A stretch of 64,000 bases of DNA, from the NCBI GenBank assembly GCA_010909165.1, contig MU008153.1, positions 310,001 to 374,000 of the forward strand, given 5' to 3'. This document shows, in pieces, positions 11,572-24,213 of this stretch. The stretch's first letter is position 1. Every line of letters starts with the position of its first letter. The notes beneath the pieces were generated by a model. It made no database searches. It was not told the origin of the DNA and was given only the letters and a program-made list of their open reading frames with translations. Both the position numbers and the translations under genes were made by a program. The DNA comes from Anthoceros angustus. Taxonomy: Eukaryota; Plantae; Anthocerotophyta.

Positions 11572-13575
11572 ATGGAGTGTGCCATTGTCTTAGTTGCTCT
11601 GGTGGCTGTCACAAGTGTGCTACTGCTTCTGCGGGGTGCATTGGTCAGGGCTCCTTTGCTGAAGCTTCCTCCAGGCCCCACTCAGCTTCCATTGCTGGGA
11701 AACCTTGGGATATTGCTCGTCTCCAAAAATTTGCCACGTGACCTGATCAAGCTCTCCAAGCAGTACGGTCCTATCATGTGGCTGCAGCTTGGTTCTCGTG
11801 GAGCAGCTGTGGTGTCCTCTTCAGAGCTGGCCCGGGAGGTGCTCAAGGAACAGGGTCAGGTGTTTGCCTCTCGTCCCTTCAACTACGCCTCGTCCCAGCT
11901 CACCTGTGATGGCCAGGACATTGGAGTGGCTCCCTACGGCCCCCTTCAGACCCACCAGAGGTATTCAAACATTGTTGCACCATTTTCTTATCCTTGTTTT
12001 CTATTTATGCCTGAGATCCGGACGTTGGTCTCGACAGGAAGCTTCTGGCTTCACAGTTGCTCTACCCCATTATGACGGCCAAAAGTGAGGAAGCCAGAAT
12101 GGCAGAAGTGAACTTCATGGTGGAGGCCGTCAGGCAGCACATTCTCAAGGCCAAACCCAACAAACCGGAACCTGTGGATCTGGGACTCTTGTTCCGGATC
12201 CTCACCCTGAACAACATCATGCGGATTGGCACCAACCAAGCTCTGGTTACCTACGACAACATCGCAGGGCAGTCCACGACCAAAGATGTGAGCTGAAATC
12301 CTAGACGTATATTGAAGCTCAAAAGCTCAGCAACGCTTGGGACTGAATTCAATGTGGGCCTTCAAGTCTGCAGGTGCAGATGTGACGGACGCAGAGCGAT
12401 TCTACAGCATGATGAAGGACTACGGGATGTGCTTCGCTTTGCCCATGTTGGGAGATTACATTCCCTGGCTCTCCTTTGTGGATGTACTCAATGGCAATAG
12501 AGCCAGGGTGAAACACGTTCGGCGCCGGCTGGATGCCTACGTGAGCAGTGTCATCCAAGAGCATAAAGATAAGGGAAGCTCGGAGTCTGGTCACGGCATG
12601 GACTACGTCGACGTTCTGCTCAGGCTGAAGCAGCCAGACAACCTGATCCAGGCCCAAATTCTGGTAAGCCCTTGCAACGATTGCTTTTGCAATCCCCCTA
12701 CCTTCCTATCAACATTTCCGGGCAACCTCATCCGCGGCGTGCAGGACCTGATCGTGGCGGGGACCGATACCATTTCCACGACCTTGGAATGGGCCTTCAC
12801 GGAAATGCTGCGAAACCCTAGCGTGTACAAGCGGGCGAGGCAGGAGCTGCTGTCAGTGGTCGGCCAGGACCGGTCCGTGATGGAACCGGATCTGCCCAAC
12901 CTGCCCTACATCGACGCGATAGTGAAGGAAACCTTGCGGATGTATCCCTCAGTGCCTCTCCTGCTGCCGCATCTGTCCATCTCGGACACCAAGCTGGCGG
13001 GCTACCACATCCCTGCCAACACCACCATCTTCATCAACGCCCTGGCCATCGGCAGAGACCCCAGTCTGTGGACAGATCCCGACGAGTTCTTACCGGAAAG
13101 GTGGTTGGACAGGTCTGTCATCTTGTCTCCCTCTGCTGAGTCGATGCTTGTCTTGCCGATTGTTTTTAAGAAAAGGAGCACTGGTGATCATGATGCATGT
13201 AGCGATACGGGAGACGCCGGGTTTCGATTCTGGTACCTCGCGCATGCAAAGCTCGCGCTCTACCATCTGAGCTACGCCCTCGGATTCCCTGAGAAAATGT
13301 CTGTCCCGTGGTGCGTGCTTTGCAGTAACCAAGACGTGAACGTGTTGGGGCTCGGGAAGGGGCCGTTGAAGATGGTGCCCTTCGGCACCGGGAGGAGGTC
13401 GTGCGTCGGAGCCGAGTACGCGTTGCGGCTGATGCCGCTCTCCATCGCCAGACTGCTGCAAAGCTTCACTTGGGCTTTGCCTGATGACGCCCAGGAGATC
13501 AATGTGCTGGAGAATCCGGGCGTATTTCTCAGCCGACGCCATCCTGTGCGCAGTGTTCCATCGTTGCCCTCTTAA
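11572..13575 (+). CDS. Cytochrome P450, CYP71 clan (A-type); 5 exons: 11572-11960, 12038-12287, 12367(or 12374)-12663, 12745-13112, 13326-13575
   Basis: Membrane anchor plus LPPGP hinge, AGTDT I-helix, ETLR, PERW, heme motif PFGTGRRSCVG; GT-AG junctions are in phase except exon 2/3 (see findings). Confidence 0.9.
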
Positions 13576-15984
13576 TTCATAGAGGGCAGAGATGGTTTCC
13601 GTTGCCATGAAACCCCTGATTGACTGACATCTCCGGACCTTGCACCTGGGATCTTTGGCTTCAAGCAGAAACCGAGACGTACTGTAACCTTAGACTGGAT
13701 CTATTCACACAAAAATTTCCCAAGCACGCAAGCACACACTTCCACTTGTTCTTTGGAGGACTTATCGCTGCCTTATATCAAGTTATCTGGTATATGTGGG
13801 ACGTGGAGGACGTCCCTCTCCTTGCAAAAGTATAGTGTAAGGAGATAGTAATATTTAATTCTTAAATAGTAGAATATATATGCCTCTATTGATAGAACTT
13901 ATCCATCGAAATAGTGATGAAGTAGTGGGGTTTTGTTGTATTTAAATTATCTCACACTAAAGTTATCCATGTGAAAAACTTTGAAGATCAATTATGATCT
14001 TCTAGATTATTGCTAGAACAATTAAAGTTGCAGCAACTTTAGCTTCAACTTCTCATGTTCTTCGACATAGACTTCCACTTTTTCTGCTAGTCAAGTCTAC
14101 AAGTCAAAAGCTAGCAGAATCAGAATTGCAGTAACTTTAATTTCAACTTCTCTTGCATGTTCTTGAGCTTCGACGCTTTTTGCTAGTACCTACAAGTCAA
14201 GAACAAATTCAACGTCATGTTAAGAATTTAAAAATATTAAATGATAAAATTAAGAAATACATTTTTAGGACCCATCTTATGATTAAGAATTAAGAGATAG
14301 AGTTCCAAAACTAATCTAAAAATTATAAAGTAAAAAATACTTTTCCAAACCAATATGACATGTTAGAATGGAATACATACATTCCTAGAACCAACATGAT
14401 AGACATAAACTCTACAACAAATGTGCAAACCTTTCTCGGACTCCCTCTATGGAATCTTTTGTTCAGGCGTGGAAATCATGACTGGGGCTGAGCTCCCAAT
14501 CCATGTCAAGGTTCGCTAAAATGTGGTTCGCTAAAATGTGGTTGATGGCATTTTAATGTCGCAGACCGAGCTCCCTCTCCTTATTTAGTGCACATTTGTG
14601 CACATTTTTCATCGTATGCAGGTATCCGTTTGTGTATATTTTGCGTCGTATGCAGCCATGTGTTTTGCCAGCCATCGAGCCTTGTTGCTTTTGTTCTGTC
14701 TTTGAATTGGGCTTTGTCCCTTGTTATTGGCAACGTCCTATTCATTTTGTTTGCTGCGAATCATATTGAACCTCTTATTGCGTAAGTTCGCTTCATATCT
14801 TAGTTGATCATAACATGCAACCAAAGTTCGCCATCGCTGAGTAACCTCTCCCTATCCAGCTCGCTTGGGAGGACATCCCTTACGGAGCGATGGAATAGGT
14901 TCCCAAGAACGAGCCTCACATAAGTGCTGATTGAATTGTAATCTATTTTGGGTCTTCCACCCACAAAATGGGGGCAGCTTGCATAGACCCATGTTTAACC
15001 ACTTATACTTGAGCTTGCCATTAGAGCCCTTTACCATGGCATAATGCATGTTTTAATTCACACCAAGCATATCTGGTCCTCAACTAACATTGGTTCTCAC
15101 TTCACCAAAAGACATATGAAACTAAAAAAATGAGTTTTTAAAATAAAAAATGAGTTTCTAAAACTAAAAACAGTTCACCGGGGAGAGAGAGACCGAGGAA
15201 AGAGGGACCGGGGAGACAGCCTCCGCACTGGTCACCCTGGGAGGTACAGGTGAGTATAGGATACCCCCTGCAGAGAGCGCCCCCGCCTTGAGGCGGCTCC
15301 GTTTTCTGTAGCCGCTAGGTAGTCAGCAGAAAGAAGAGCTAGATGACTTGCTCCCAATGACTACCTTTAGAGTGTTTTGTGGGACTAGGTAGTGAAGCAG
15401 GCCACGCTTACAGCAAATCGTGAAGAACCGGAGCATGTACTCGCTGTGGACAATTTCGAATTCCAACTTCCAGTGAACGACGATCGGTACGCTCAGAGTC
15501 GATCTACACGCAGCAGCCCATCTGTGTGGACAAGGAATGAAATGGTAGCGACTTCAGAAATGTGGAAACTGTAGCCTGGTTTGCCCTAGTCTCATAACTC
15601 TAAACACCCCTCCTTACCGGGCAAACAGCATTCAAAATACAGGACCCAACCCGTCGGCAGATAGGCAGATAGACAGATACAGAGAACCTGCAAGCTTGAT
15701 TTCCCGCGTCACGACAGGGCCCTGAAAGTCAAGGTGACGTACTGAAGCAAGAGCATACAGTACAGCTTGTAAGCCATTGAAGTGTTCTGCGAGCACAGCT
15801 GGTAATTAATTGGGAGGGCCACTCTGGTCGAGACAGGAGGGCCCATTGCAAGATTTGGATATGGACAGGGGGAGGGATGGATCTGCAAGCAAAGTGAGGT
15901 GATGGGGAGCAGGAAAGAAGGGAAGGAGGGAAAAAAAATCAGGCATCACTCGCACTTTGATTCATGTCTGAGATTGTCGTCAGG

Positions 15985-16356
15985 ACAGTTGCTCTACCCC
16001 ATTATGGCGACCAAAAGTGAGGGAGCCAGAATGGTAGAAGAGAACTTCACGCGGGAGGCTGCCAGGCAGCACATTCTCACGGCCTAACCCAACAAACCGG
16101 AACCCGTGGATCTGGGTCTCTTGTTCCGGATCCTCACCCTGAACAACATCATACAGATTGGCGTCAACCAGGCTCTGGTTACATAGGATAAGATCGTAGG
16201 AGAGTCCAGTACCATAGATGGTGAGCTGAACTCCTAGACTGAATGCTGCTCCACTGTAACCGTCTTGAAGCTCAAAAGCTCAGCAATGCTTGTAACTAAA
16301 TTGAATGTCGGTCTTAAGTCTGCAGACGCTAATGTAACGCAAGCAGAGCGATTGTC
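15985..16356 (+). pseudogene. P450 pseudo-fragment: exon 2, intron 2 and start of exon 3
   Basis: Matches 12054-12405; in-frame TAA at 16085-16087 and a later TAG. Confidence 0.9.
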
Positions 16357-16359
16357 CAT

Positions 16360-16806
16360 TAGGGGCCTCACGAGCAGTGGGTAAAACAATTCTCTTCTTT
16401 TCGATCTCATGCGTGGATGCGGAATAGGGTCTGACGAGATGCTAACAGTACCTGGTTTGGGATGGCTGCACCACAGATCTCGAAAGGATGGAGGTTTTAA
16501 ACCGATATGCGGAACAGGGTCTCAGGTTTACCCAGCACCTTCAATTCTTCTCTTATGGAGTCCGCCATCTGTTTGTTGCTCTGGTGGTTCGTGTGCTACT
16601 GCTGCTGCTGGGTGATGTATGGGTCAGGGCTCCCCAGCTGAAGCTCTCCATAGTTGGGAGACTTTGGCATTCTGCTCACCTCAAAAAAATTGCTCGACGA
16701 CCGGATCAAGCTCTCCAAGCATTATGGTCCCATCATGTGGCTGCAGCTTGGGTCTCGCGGAGCACTTGTGGTGTTCTCTTTTTGGGGGAATCTGAAGGAA
16801 CAGGGT
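16360..16806 (+). pseudogene. P450 pseudo-fragment: upstream region and part of exon 1
   Basis: Matches ~11335-11856 (IKLSKHYGPIMWLQLGSRGA) with deletions and frameshifts. Confidence 0.88.
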
Positions 16807-16870
16807 GGGTGTGCAAAGTCATTGATCACTGTGTTATTTTATTGTTTTTTATTGCCATTGAAAAGCAACC

Positions 16871-16942
16871 GGTCCCATAGTCTAGTGGTTAGGACACTGG
16901 ACTCTGAATCCAGTAGCCCGAGTTCAAATCTCGGTGGGACCT
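16871..16942 (+). tRNA. trnQ-CTG: tRNA-Gln (anticodon CTG)
   Basis: 72-nt cloverleaf: acceptor GGTCCCA/TGGGACC, D-arm TAGTGG, anticodon arm CTGGA-CTCTGAA-TCCAG, T-arm GTTCAAATC; upstream CAA and downstream T5 terminator. Confidence 0.97.
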
Positions 16943-17573
16943 CTGTCCCAAAAGAATTAGGTGGTTTTTATTCTGACTCCAGAGTTTCTCCCGTCATATA
17001 TATTGTCTAACATGTACGTCGTAGCAAAGGGCAGCACATACTCAGGCCAAACGCAACAAACTGGAAGCTGTGCATATGCCCCGACAAACCGGAAGCTGTG
17101 GATGTGTCTAAGAGCGACGACTCTGTGAAGCTGAGATGCTGAACCTGTGGAAACGTAATTCCCGGGCGAACACTTTACATATGCCTTCTGAGCCAATTGC
17201 CATGGTACATGTACTGCTAGCCAATCTACTTCAGGCTTCTCCACTACATGGTTGCTTTATGCCTTATTGAGGCAATTGCCATAATGCATTGGTAGCCAAA
17301 CTACTTCAGGTTTCTCCACTACATGGTTGTTTTGAATCTGGCACGGCATTCGCCCTTCATGTTTTCTCGCCGCTCTGACTAGTATTTGCTGTGCAAAGAA
17401 GGAGGAACTGCTTGCGACCATGGTAGGTGATCATTTCTTTCAAAAAACTTAGTCCAGAGTTTTTGGAGTCCACGGTGTGTTTCATGCTTTCTTCATGGTC
17501 TGTCGGGGCGATTGTGTGGAACCATGGTGTTACGGATCTTCATATTCATCGAGCAGTCTAAGCTATCATCAGT

Positions 17574-17602
17574 AACCCTAAACCCCAGGGGCCCTAAACC
17601 TA
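17574..17602 (+). promoter_or_regulatory. Telo-box-like motifs upstream of FANCL
   Basis: AACCCTAAACCC and CCCTAAACCTA. Confidence 0.35.
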
Positions 17603-18185
17603 GCTATAACAGCTATGTGCATAACCTTTGAATTGTGATAGACGGGTGGCTCTCCTAATGGAAGGGAGGCGACAAAAGGAAGAGCAGCACAGATAGCAAC
17701 AAAGCTGGCAAATGGCGGCGTGGAAAAGCTGTTGCCAAGCTTTTCCACAATCTGATGCTCCATACCACGCGTCTGCCCACGAAGCAACCCACTGCAGTTC
17801 CAACAACCCACTGAAGTTTAAGGAAGACAAGGCTGAAATAGATCCTCATAGACAGCCAGCTTGAGCTCCTTGAACTGCCATTCCATGCAGAGATGACGGC
17901 CGTTAATTCTCCTGTGGCATGCTGCGTTTCAATTCAATCCTGTGGACACAACTGGAGGAGCATGCGTGCTTACAACTTGTTATCCAAGTGTTCCTGAAGG
18001 GACAACGGAGCGCAAATATGTACCTTCGAGCTACAGGGGACTTAAATCACGACCCTGCCACCAGCGAGCTCAACAGAGACCTGTTCTTGCGGTCCTACCC
18101 AAAGGCCTGACAGGATGCTTTGAACGATTCGAGGTCCTTGAACAATTTGAAGTCTGGTCTGTGCGCACCTTCATGTGATTCGTAG

Positions 18186-20473
18186 ATGACCTCAGCTCCT
18201 GTCGTTGAGCCACATTTCTTCTTGGAGGGTTATTCCATGGCTCCAACTCTGCTTCCGCTCAACGTGCACATGACAGCCTTCCATGTGATTCTGTTTCTGC
18301 AAGTAAGCTATGCTGCTGCTGTTGCCGCTGCTTTGTACCTTGGGTCGGAACCTTGCAAAGGATGCTTGTCGTTTCGGGACACTTCTGGTTCTGAGATGCG
18401 CAGATGTTGCAGGGACAGGAGTTTGCCTTCTCTTTGCACAATGTGCCGGGGCCGGAGAGCCAATCGTCTTTGAAAAACGCCAAACTGGAGTGTAACTTGG
18501 ACCTTCGTAGGCTTCTCAAGGGATTCGAGCGAACCCTGCAAGAGGTCTTTCGTGTTCCTATCTGATCTGCAAGGGCTTTTGCGCTTCATGAATGCTAGGC
18601 TAGCAAGAGGCATAATCCATCCAAAGCACTTGTGCTTTCTGACACACCCGAAGACCTAACATGTGTGAAACATATCTGTGCAGAGATTGACTCAAAGCAT
18701 GAATGTTGCGAACTTTGTGATAGAGCTAGAGGAAATCCTGGTTGGTAGCCCTGGCCTCGTTGTACTTTAATTGCTATTGAATTTGAGCCACTTCAATCCT
18801 CAACCATTCCAGCATTTGTCAGGAGCGGATTCTTTGTGCTCAACCAAAAATATGTCTCCCATCAGCAACTTTCTACACTCAAGTTTGCTCAGAAGTAAGT
18901 TGGCACAATCCCTTCACAGAACTTGAGTTATTTTCTTCAGTCCCTGCGGCCAACTAACTGCATGATTTTCACAGCTGGAGTCTGTTGGGCTGGAGCATTT
19001 GATGTGGCTGGGAGAAGATCTTAAATACTTGCGGCTCCGCGTTTTGTAAGCCCTCTTGTCTTGATGTGGATAGACTGCAAGAAGGCCTCTGGGGTGCATA
19101 GTGCAGCCTGCCTCAGGCAGTAACCTGACTTCAACGGTATTGCTTCCCATAAACACACAGCGATCAGGCTGCCCGAGAGCATATTGTCCATGTGGAATTA
19201 CCAGCCGCGTATCCAGACATTGAACCCATCACTTCTGCAGTAAGTGTGCTAGCAGGCTGCCACTGTTACTTCGTGTCGACTGGTTATATGCCAGTAGAAA
19301 CACTCATCTGTGTTTCGTTTCCAGGACCTGCCATCTGCAGTGGAACTATCATGGTCTCGGGGTTCTTCCCTCAAGGACATCGTAACCCAATATGAACAGG
19401 TATCAGCACCATAAACTGAATCATTCCTTATTCAGAACTCACATCGTGAATCTTTTCTTCGGTGAGTCGCCTGAGTGTAGGCTGTAAACAAGTATGAAGA
19501 CTTTTGGACTGTGATGGAGGACATCGACAGTAAGGTCTGGGTCATGGAACCAGAGCATCCTTCCAGAGCCGATACTTCTCGGCGTATTGCACTAGGTATG
19601 TTGACTCTTAATGTGTGGAGACCGTGCAATAGGACATCAGCAGGGCCACGCTGAGCTGGCTGGTTTCCATCTCTTACCAGGTGGTCACTGCTCGCTATCA
19701 GTAACCGTGGACCCTCTCTTCCCACGTTCCTTTCCCCTGTAGGTTGAGTTTCACCTTCTCTTCATCGAATTCCGCTTCCTTGTCACGCCAGTGTTGACTG
19801 TGATACGGTCTGCAGGTGCCACTTTCTTGGCTCAGATGCCAGTGTTGGGCCCCTGAGAAAACAACTGAACAACAGTGCAGGCTTATGGTACCCCATCTTC
19901 AACTGTTAACTGTCATGCACATGGTTCTGATGCTTCCTATGACCAGGGAGGGGTTCACGTTGCAGGAAGGCTGACAGGCTGCTACTCAGAAACCTTGAGC
20001 AAATTCTGCAGATCAATTTCCCATCACCCCAAGACAAAGGGCAGCAAGACCTCAGTGCAGATTGTGGAATTTGTTACGCATACCGAGCACCTGACAGTAA
20101 GGTCTCATCGATCTGTCTTGTTGCAGTTGAATCCCTGCCGACATTGTGCTGACCACCTCTTGGCTCGCTGCTGATTGAGTGCAGGTGGGACAACGAAGAA
20201 AATTTCAGGAGAAGGAAGCATTCCTGATCGTGCTTGTGACAACCCACAGTGCGGACATCCCTTTCACAGTGCATGTCTGATCGAGTGGTTACAATCCATC
20301 GCAACCACCAGACAGTATGTTCGTCCTTTCACTGGTAACTTTGCTACGCTATTTCCTTACAGAGGTGTTTCCGCTTACACGTTTTGGATCCACCATGCAG
20401 GTCATTTGATGTCTTTTTCGGACAGTGCCCGTACTGTTCCCATCCTATTGCTGTGAAGGTAACCTCTAATTGA
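18186..20473 (+). CDS. FANCL: E3 ubiquitin ligase FANCL, multi-exon (~11 exons); start approximate
   Basis: Spliced peptides LLPLNVHMTAF, LKNAKLECNLDLRRLL, VELPAAYPDIEP, YEDFWTVMEDIDSKVWVMEPEHPSRADTSRRIALG, RING DCGICYAY...CDNPQCGHPFHSACLIEWL...SFDVFFGQCPYCSHPIAVK. Confidence 0.93.
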
Positions 20474-20956
20474 GAGGTTGTGGGTGGCAAGGGAATCAAC
20501 TATGAGTTGCTAGCTTTGGCCATGCCCATTTGCTCCGGCATCCTTGCAGGTTCTTCCTGCCTTGTACAAGCCTGACATGCCTATACCAGTACCACCTAAC
20601 CCAACTCACTTTCTTCCACTAGAGAGAAGGAACAAGTGAGCCTCCTCTCGGGTTCCCCACCCACTCCCCCTTCCCGCTCGTGTGTTGGTGTCAAGTACTT
20701 CCACACGCCAATCTAATTCTGTAGCAACACGGGAGCATTCCGTCATGAGTCACTCTACATAACTGAGGTATGCTCATCTCTGTTTGTGGGAGCCAACAGC
20801 ATCACACAACCCTCGTGCAGAGTGGTAGTTTTCACGTTCATTGTGCGATGTATAAGCCGCAATGCAAATGTCTACACAACCAGTTTCGTGCCATTTTCGC
20901 CATGGCAAACGTGTAAGGACGTACTGCAAGGGCACTAATTGCTTCCTCAGGATGGT

Positions 20957-21114
20957 GATTAGGGTTTGAGGTAACTGCAGTATGTCTGTACCGGAATGTC
21001 TGCCCTGTTAGCTACCTGTTCGTCTTCGAATGGATCACTGATTAGGGTTTGAGACAACTGCAGTGTGTATGTACTGGAATGTCTGCCCGCCCTGTTAACT
21101 ACCTGTTCGTCTTC
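20957..21114. repeat. Tandem duplication, ~83-bp period x2, each starting with GATTAGGGTTTGAG
   Basis: Two near-identical units ending CTACCTGTTCGTCTTC. Confidence 0.75.
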
Positions 21115-21429
21115 ATCAAAAATCCCGTGTTCACGTGTTCATATAATACCCGTAACTGACGTTGTGCACTTCTCACAGACTTGCCCCGACTCCTGACGTT
21201 CTACAAACCTGGACTACTAGAAGTACACAGTATGGGTACAGGCCCTCGGGCCACCGGAGAGTACCCGCATCTTCGGGATCGCATGCGCGCACCGAGTCCT
21301 ACTGACAACTTTCAAAGTCACCGTAACGGGCTGCCAGACAATCTGTTGACCAGTTGCACCAAGTCTGTCGGTCACGCCGACGATTACACCAACGAGTCAC
21401 CCAAACAGCAGTAAAACGGATAATTGATT

Positions 21430-22880
21430 TATGATAAAAGGAACGCAGAACGTTCTTTATTAAGCGGCCGAAATTTCAGCACGCAGAAACACAGATTGTG
21501 CAGATCTGTGAAACCTACAGAAATCCCTATATCTTAACAAGACTGCCACATCTCTAAGAAACTGATCATTCTCTAGAAGAGACAATGCACTTGAAGAATA
21601 TCAAAACCCTTGACACCGTGTTCAGTCACGAGGAGCCACCATCGAAGGCCAGCACAAGTAGCACCAGGTCCTTCACCGTAAACCATCTGAAATTTCTGTC
21701 AAGCATAGAGCTCCAGGGCATACACAACATGCGAGGGGAGTACACATAACATCAGTGAAAACACAGCAGTTGCCAGCTGACACAGCGAGTAACATCGCTT
21801 CAGACCAGCTACACTTCCAAATAATCCAGGGCAACATAAACGGAACAACCAAAGAGAGTCGATCAGGAAAACCTTGAGGGACAATTGCAAGGTGCTTCAC
21901 CTGGATACCCGACCAAACACACACAGGATACAACCGCCGATAAGTATCGGAGATGCACGCACCGCCCCGGAAAATAACCACGCAATTATTTTGAGGTTGA
22001 AGAAGAGATTGCATTACGCAGCAACTCGGATAGCTCAACCGAAGTAGCAGCGTGTGTCAACTTCAAGGCCTAACGCCAACCAGCTGATGAATAGCAGAAG
22101 GTGTCGCAAAACACCGGCAGCTTCGTCAACAATTGACATATCCAACCGCTTCGTGATGCTCTCTCTTCTCCAACCCGAAAATTATTGCAAACATGTATCC
22201 AAGCCCTGCCCTGGCTGCATCGGAGCCCTGATTTCTTCGACCCGTTCCCGCTGTGTCACCGCAACAACTTCAACGCACTACCGGCACCAAGATCGGCTCT
22301 CCGCATCTCAAAAAGCGACAAATCCATGCACGCACATCACAAAAAATCCTCCAAACCACTTCCACAGTCCAACCTCAACGTCAGACTCGCAAGCACAACA
22401 GAACACTCATCCTCTCGCACAAAAAACAGCCAATCCTCCGCTCCACATCCCTCACCTCCAACCACCCGATCCGCCACCGAAAGCAGCTCAAACATATACA
22501 CCGAACAAAGAAATCAAGCAACGAGCACCTCCCCGGCGCCTCAATCCGAAAGCAAACACCACACCAGCACACCGCACCGCATACCACAGCCGAGAAAGAT
22601 ACTCTCCTCCTCCGCCGATTGCGCTACACCACAGAACAGACGAAACCGAGCACAAGATCGCCACAGGCAGCGCTCCGGGACATCACTGGCCTCCGCTCTC
22701 CGAAAGCGAGCAGCCCCGACACAAGAGACTGCAACAAGAGAGATCCGGGAAGGAGCAGAGACGGTCCCGAGAGGCGAGGCGAGGCGAGGCGCGAAGAGGA
22801 AAGGAAGGTTGGGAGAAACGCGGGGGCGAAGGGGAGATAAAAAGGGAGGGGATGGTACCCGCAGCATTCAAGCATGCCAT
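21430..22880 (-). ncRNA. Possible spliced Pol II transcript without a convincing ORF (lncRNA or small-ORF gene)
   Basis: On the minus strand: CT-rich leader, donor-like GTATGC ~22584, GT-rich intron-like sequence, micro-exon ~21873-21900, acceptor TTGACAG ~21697, AATAAA ~21460. Confidence 0.3.
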
Positions 22881-23982
22881 TAAAGGCGCCTTTAAGGGCC
22901 ACTAGCCCATACGCGGCGTACCCGCTGCTAATTCAGTCGTATTTTATGCTATCATGGAGCATGCCTTCCGTTCCCGGTCCCGTTCCGTTCCCTCGTCACG
23001 CCATGGCAATAATGGCGATGTGTAAGTTGACCGTTCCGTTGGCGATGTCAGCGGGGCCGAAGGCGTGACTGACCACATCATGCGCGCCAGCGGCAGTGCA
23101 TGCGCATGAGCCGGATGGGGCATGCCGATGGGGATGGCTGCATGCGCGTATGATGCATCCTGCATGCGCCCCTCAACCCAGCCCTGACCGCGGTTAACTC
23201 CGCTCGCCTAATCATGCGCGTCCTGCACCCGATCCTTCACGTTACGTGAGTAAATCGCCCATTAAACTGCAACACTAACGAATCATTAGTCAACGGCGTC
23301 ATTCAATGTTGGGGTACGATTTTTCCTTAATCTCCTGTAACGCGCGCTTATTTTACTGATTTCACGTCTCGTCGCCATAACGGGTTTTGTACGTGCGTCT
23401 CTAACTTGTAAGTCAATAATAAAAAATTCCCTTGGGTTTGCAGGCTTTGAATCCAAGTATGTACTTTTCCATTGTTGCCTCCCAAAAGTTGCTTGTAGTT
23501 GGGCTCTTTTAGACTACTGTGTTGATCTGCTCATTGTTCCAATACAAACTCCCCACATTCCCAAGTAGCTTTATGGCACTGTCTTACATGGAAGTTTGTT
23601 ATCACTTTTTCAAAGGTGGATTTTTAAAAATGTATTCGATGATATTATATGTTCAGTGTTAGATGAGATTATCTCAAGTCAAGACATACTTTGTGTGGGT
23701 AGGATGTGACTATTTTACTTAATTTTATCTTTTTCTCTGCGAGATTGTCTCATCCAAATTAATATGCGGAATCCAAATCTTCTACTGGCGCCATGACAAG
23801 ATGATGGTCAGAGAATCGAAATCTTCTACTCGCGCCATGACAAGATGATGCTCACGTGATGTACTCAAGGTTGTCCGCACCCTCTCGTGGTGACAGATGA
23901 TGCTCTTGATGGTCACGTGATCAATTCATGAAGATAATGCCTCACGAAGGTCGGGCTGGCAAGCAAGTTCCAAGCACGCGAG

Positions 23983-24213
23983 CATTGATTCCTTATGGCA
24001 TGGGTGCGCATGCTGGAGTGTGGAAAATAATTGTACATACATGTGTACTCACTGAAATATATGTTTCCAGTAAGAAAGCTTTATTCCCACTCTCTTGAAT
24101 CATTGATTCCTTATGGCATGGGTGCGCATGCTGGAGTGTGGAAAATAATTGTACATACATGTGTACTCACTGAAATATATGTTTCCAGTAAGAAAGCTTT
24201 ATTCCCACTCTCA
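23983..24213. repeat. Tandem duplication, 118-bp period x2
   Basis: CATTGATTCCTTATGGCATGGG...TTATTCCCACTCTC at 23983 and 24101. Confidence 0.9.

Noticed and set aside
17574-17602. Telomerase RNA template (AACCCTAAACCC)
   Set aside because: No upstream USE/TATA or other plant telomerase RNA motifs were seen; it fits a promoter telo-box better.
22054-22905. Three overlapping long plus-strand ORFs
   Set aside because: An artefact of CA-rich, T-poor composition (the antisense of GT-rich intron/UTR-like sequence); the translations are not protein-like.
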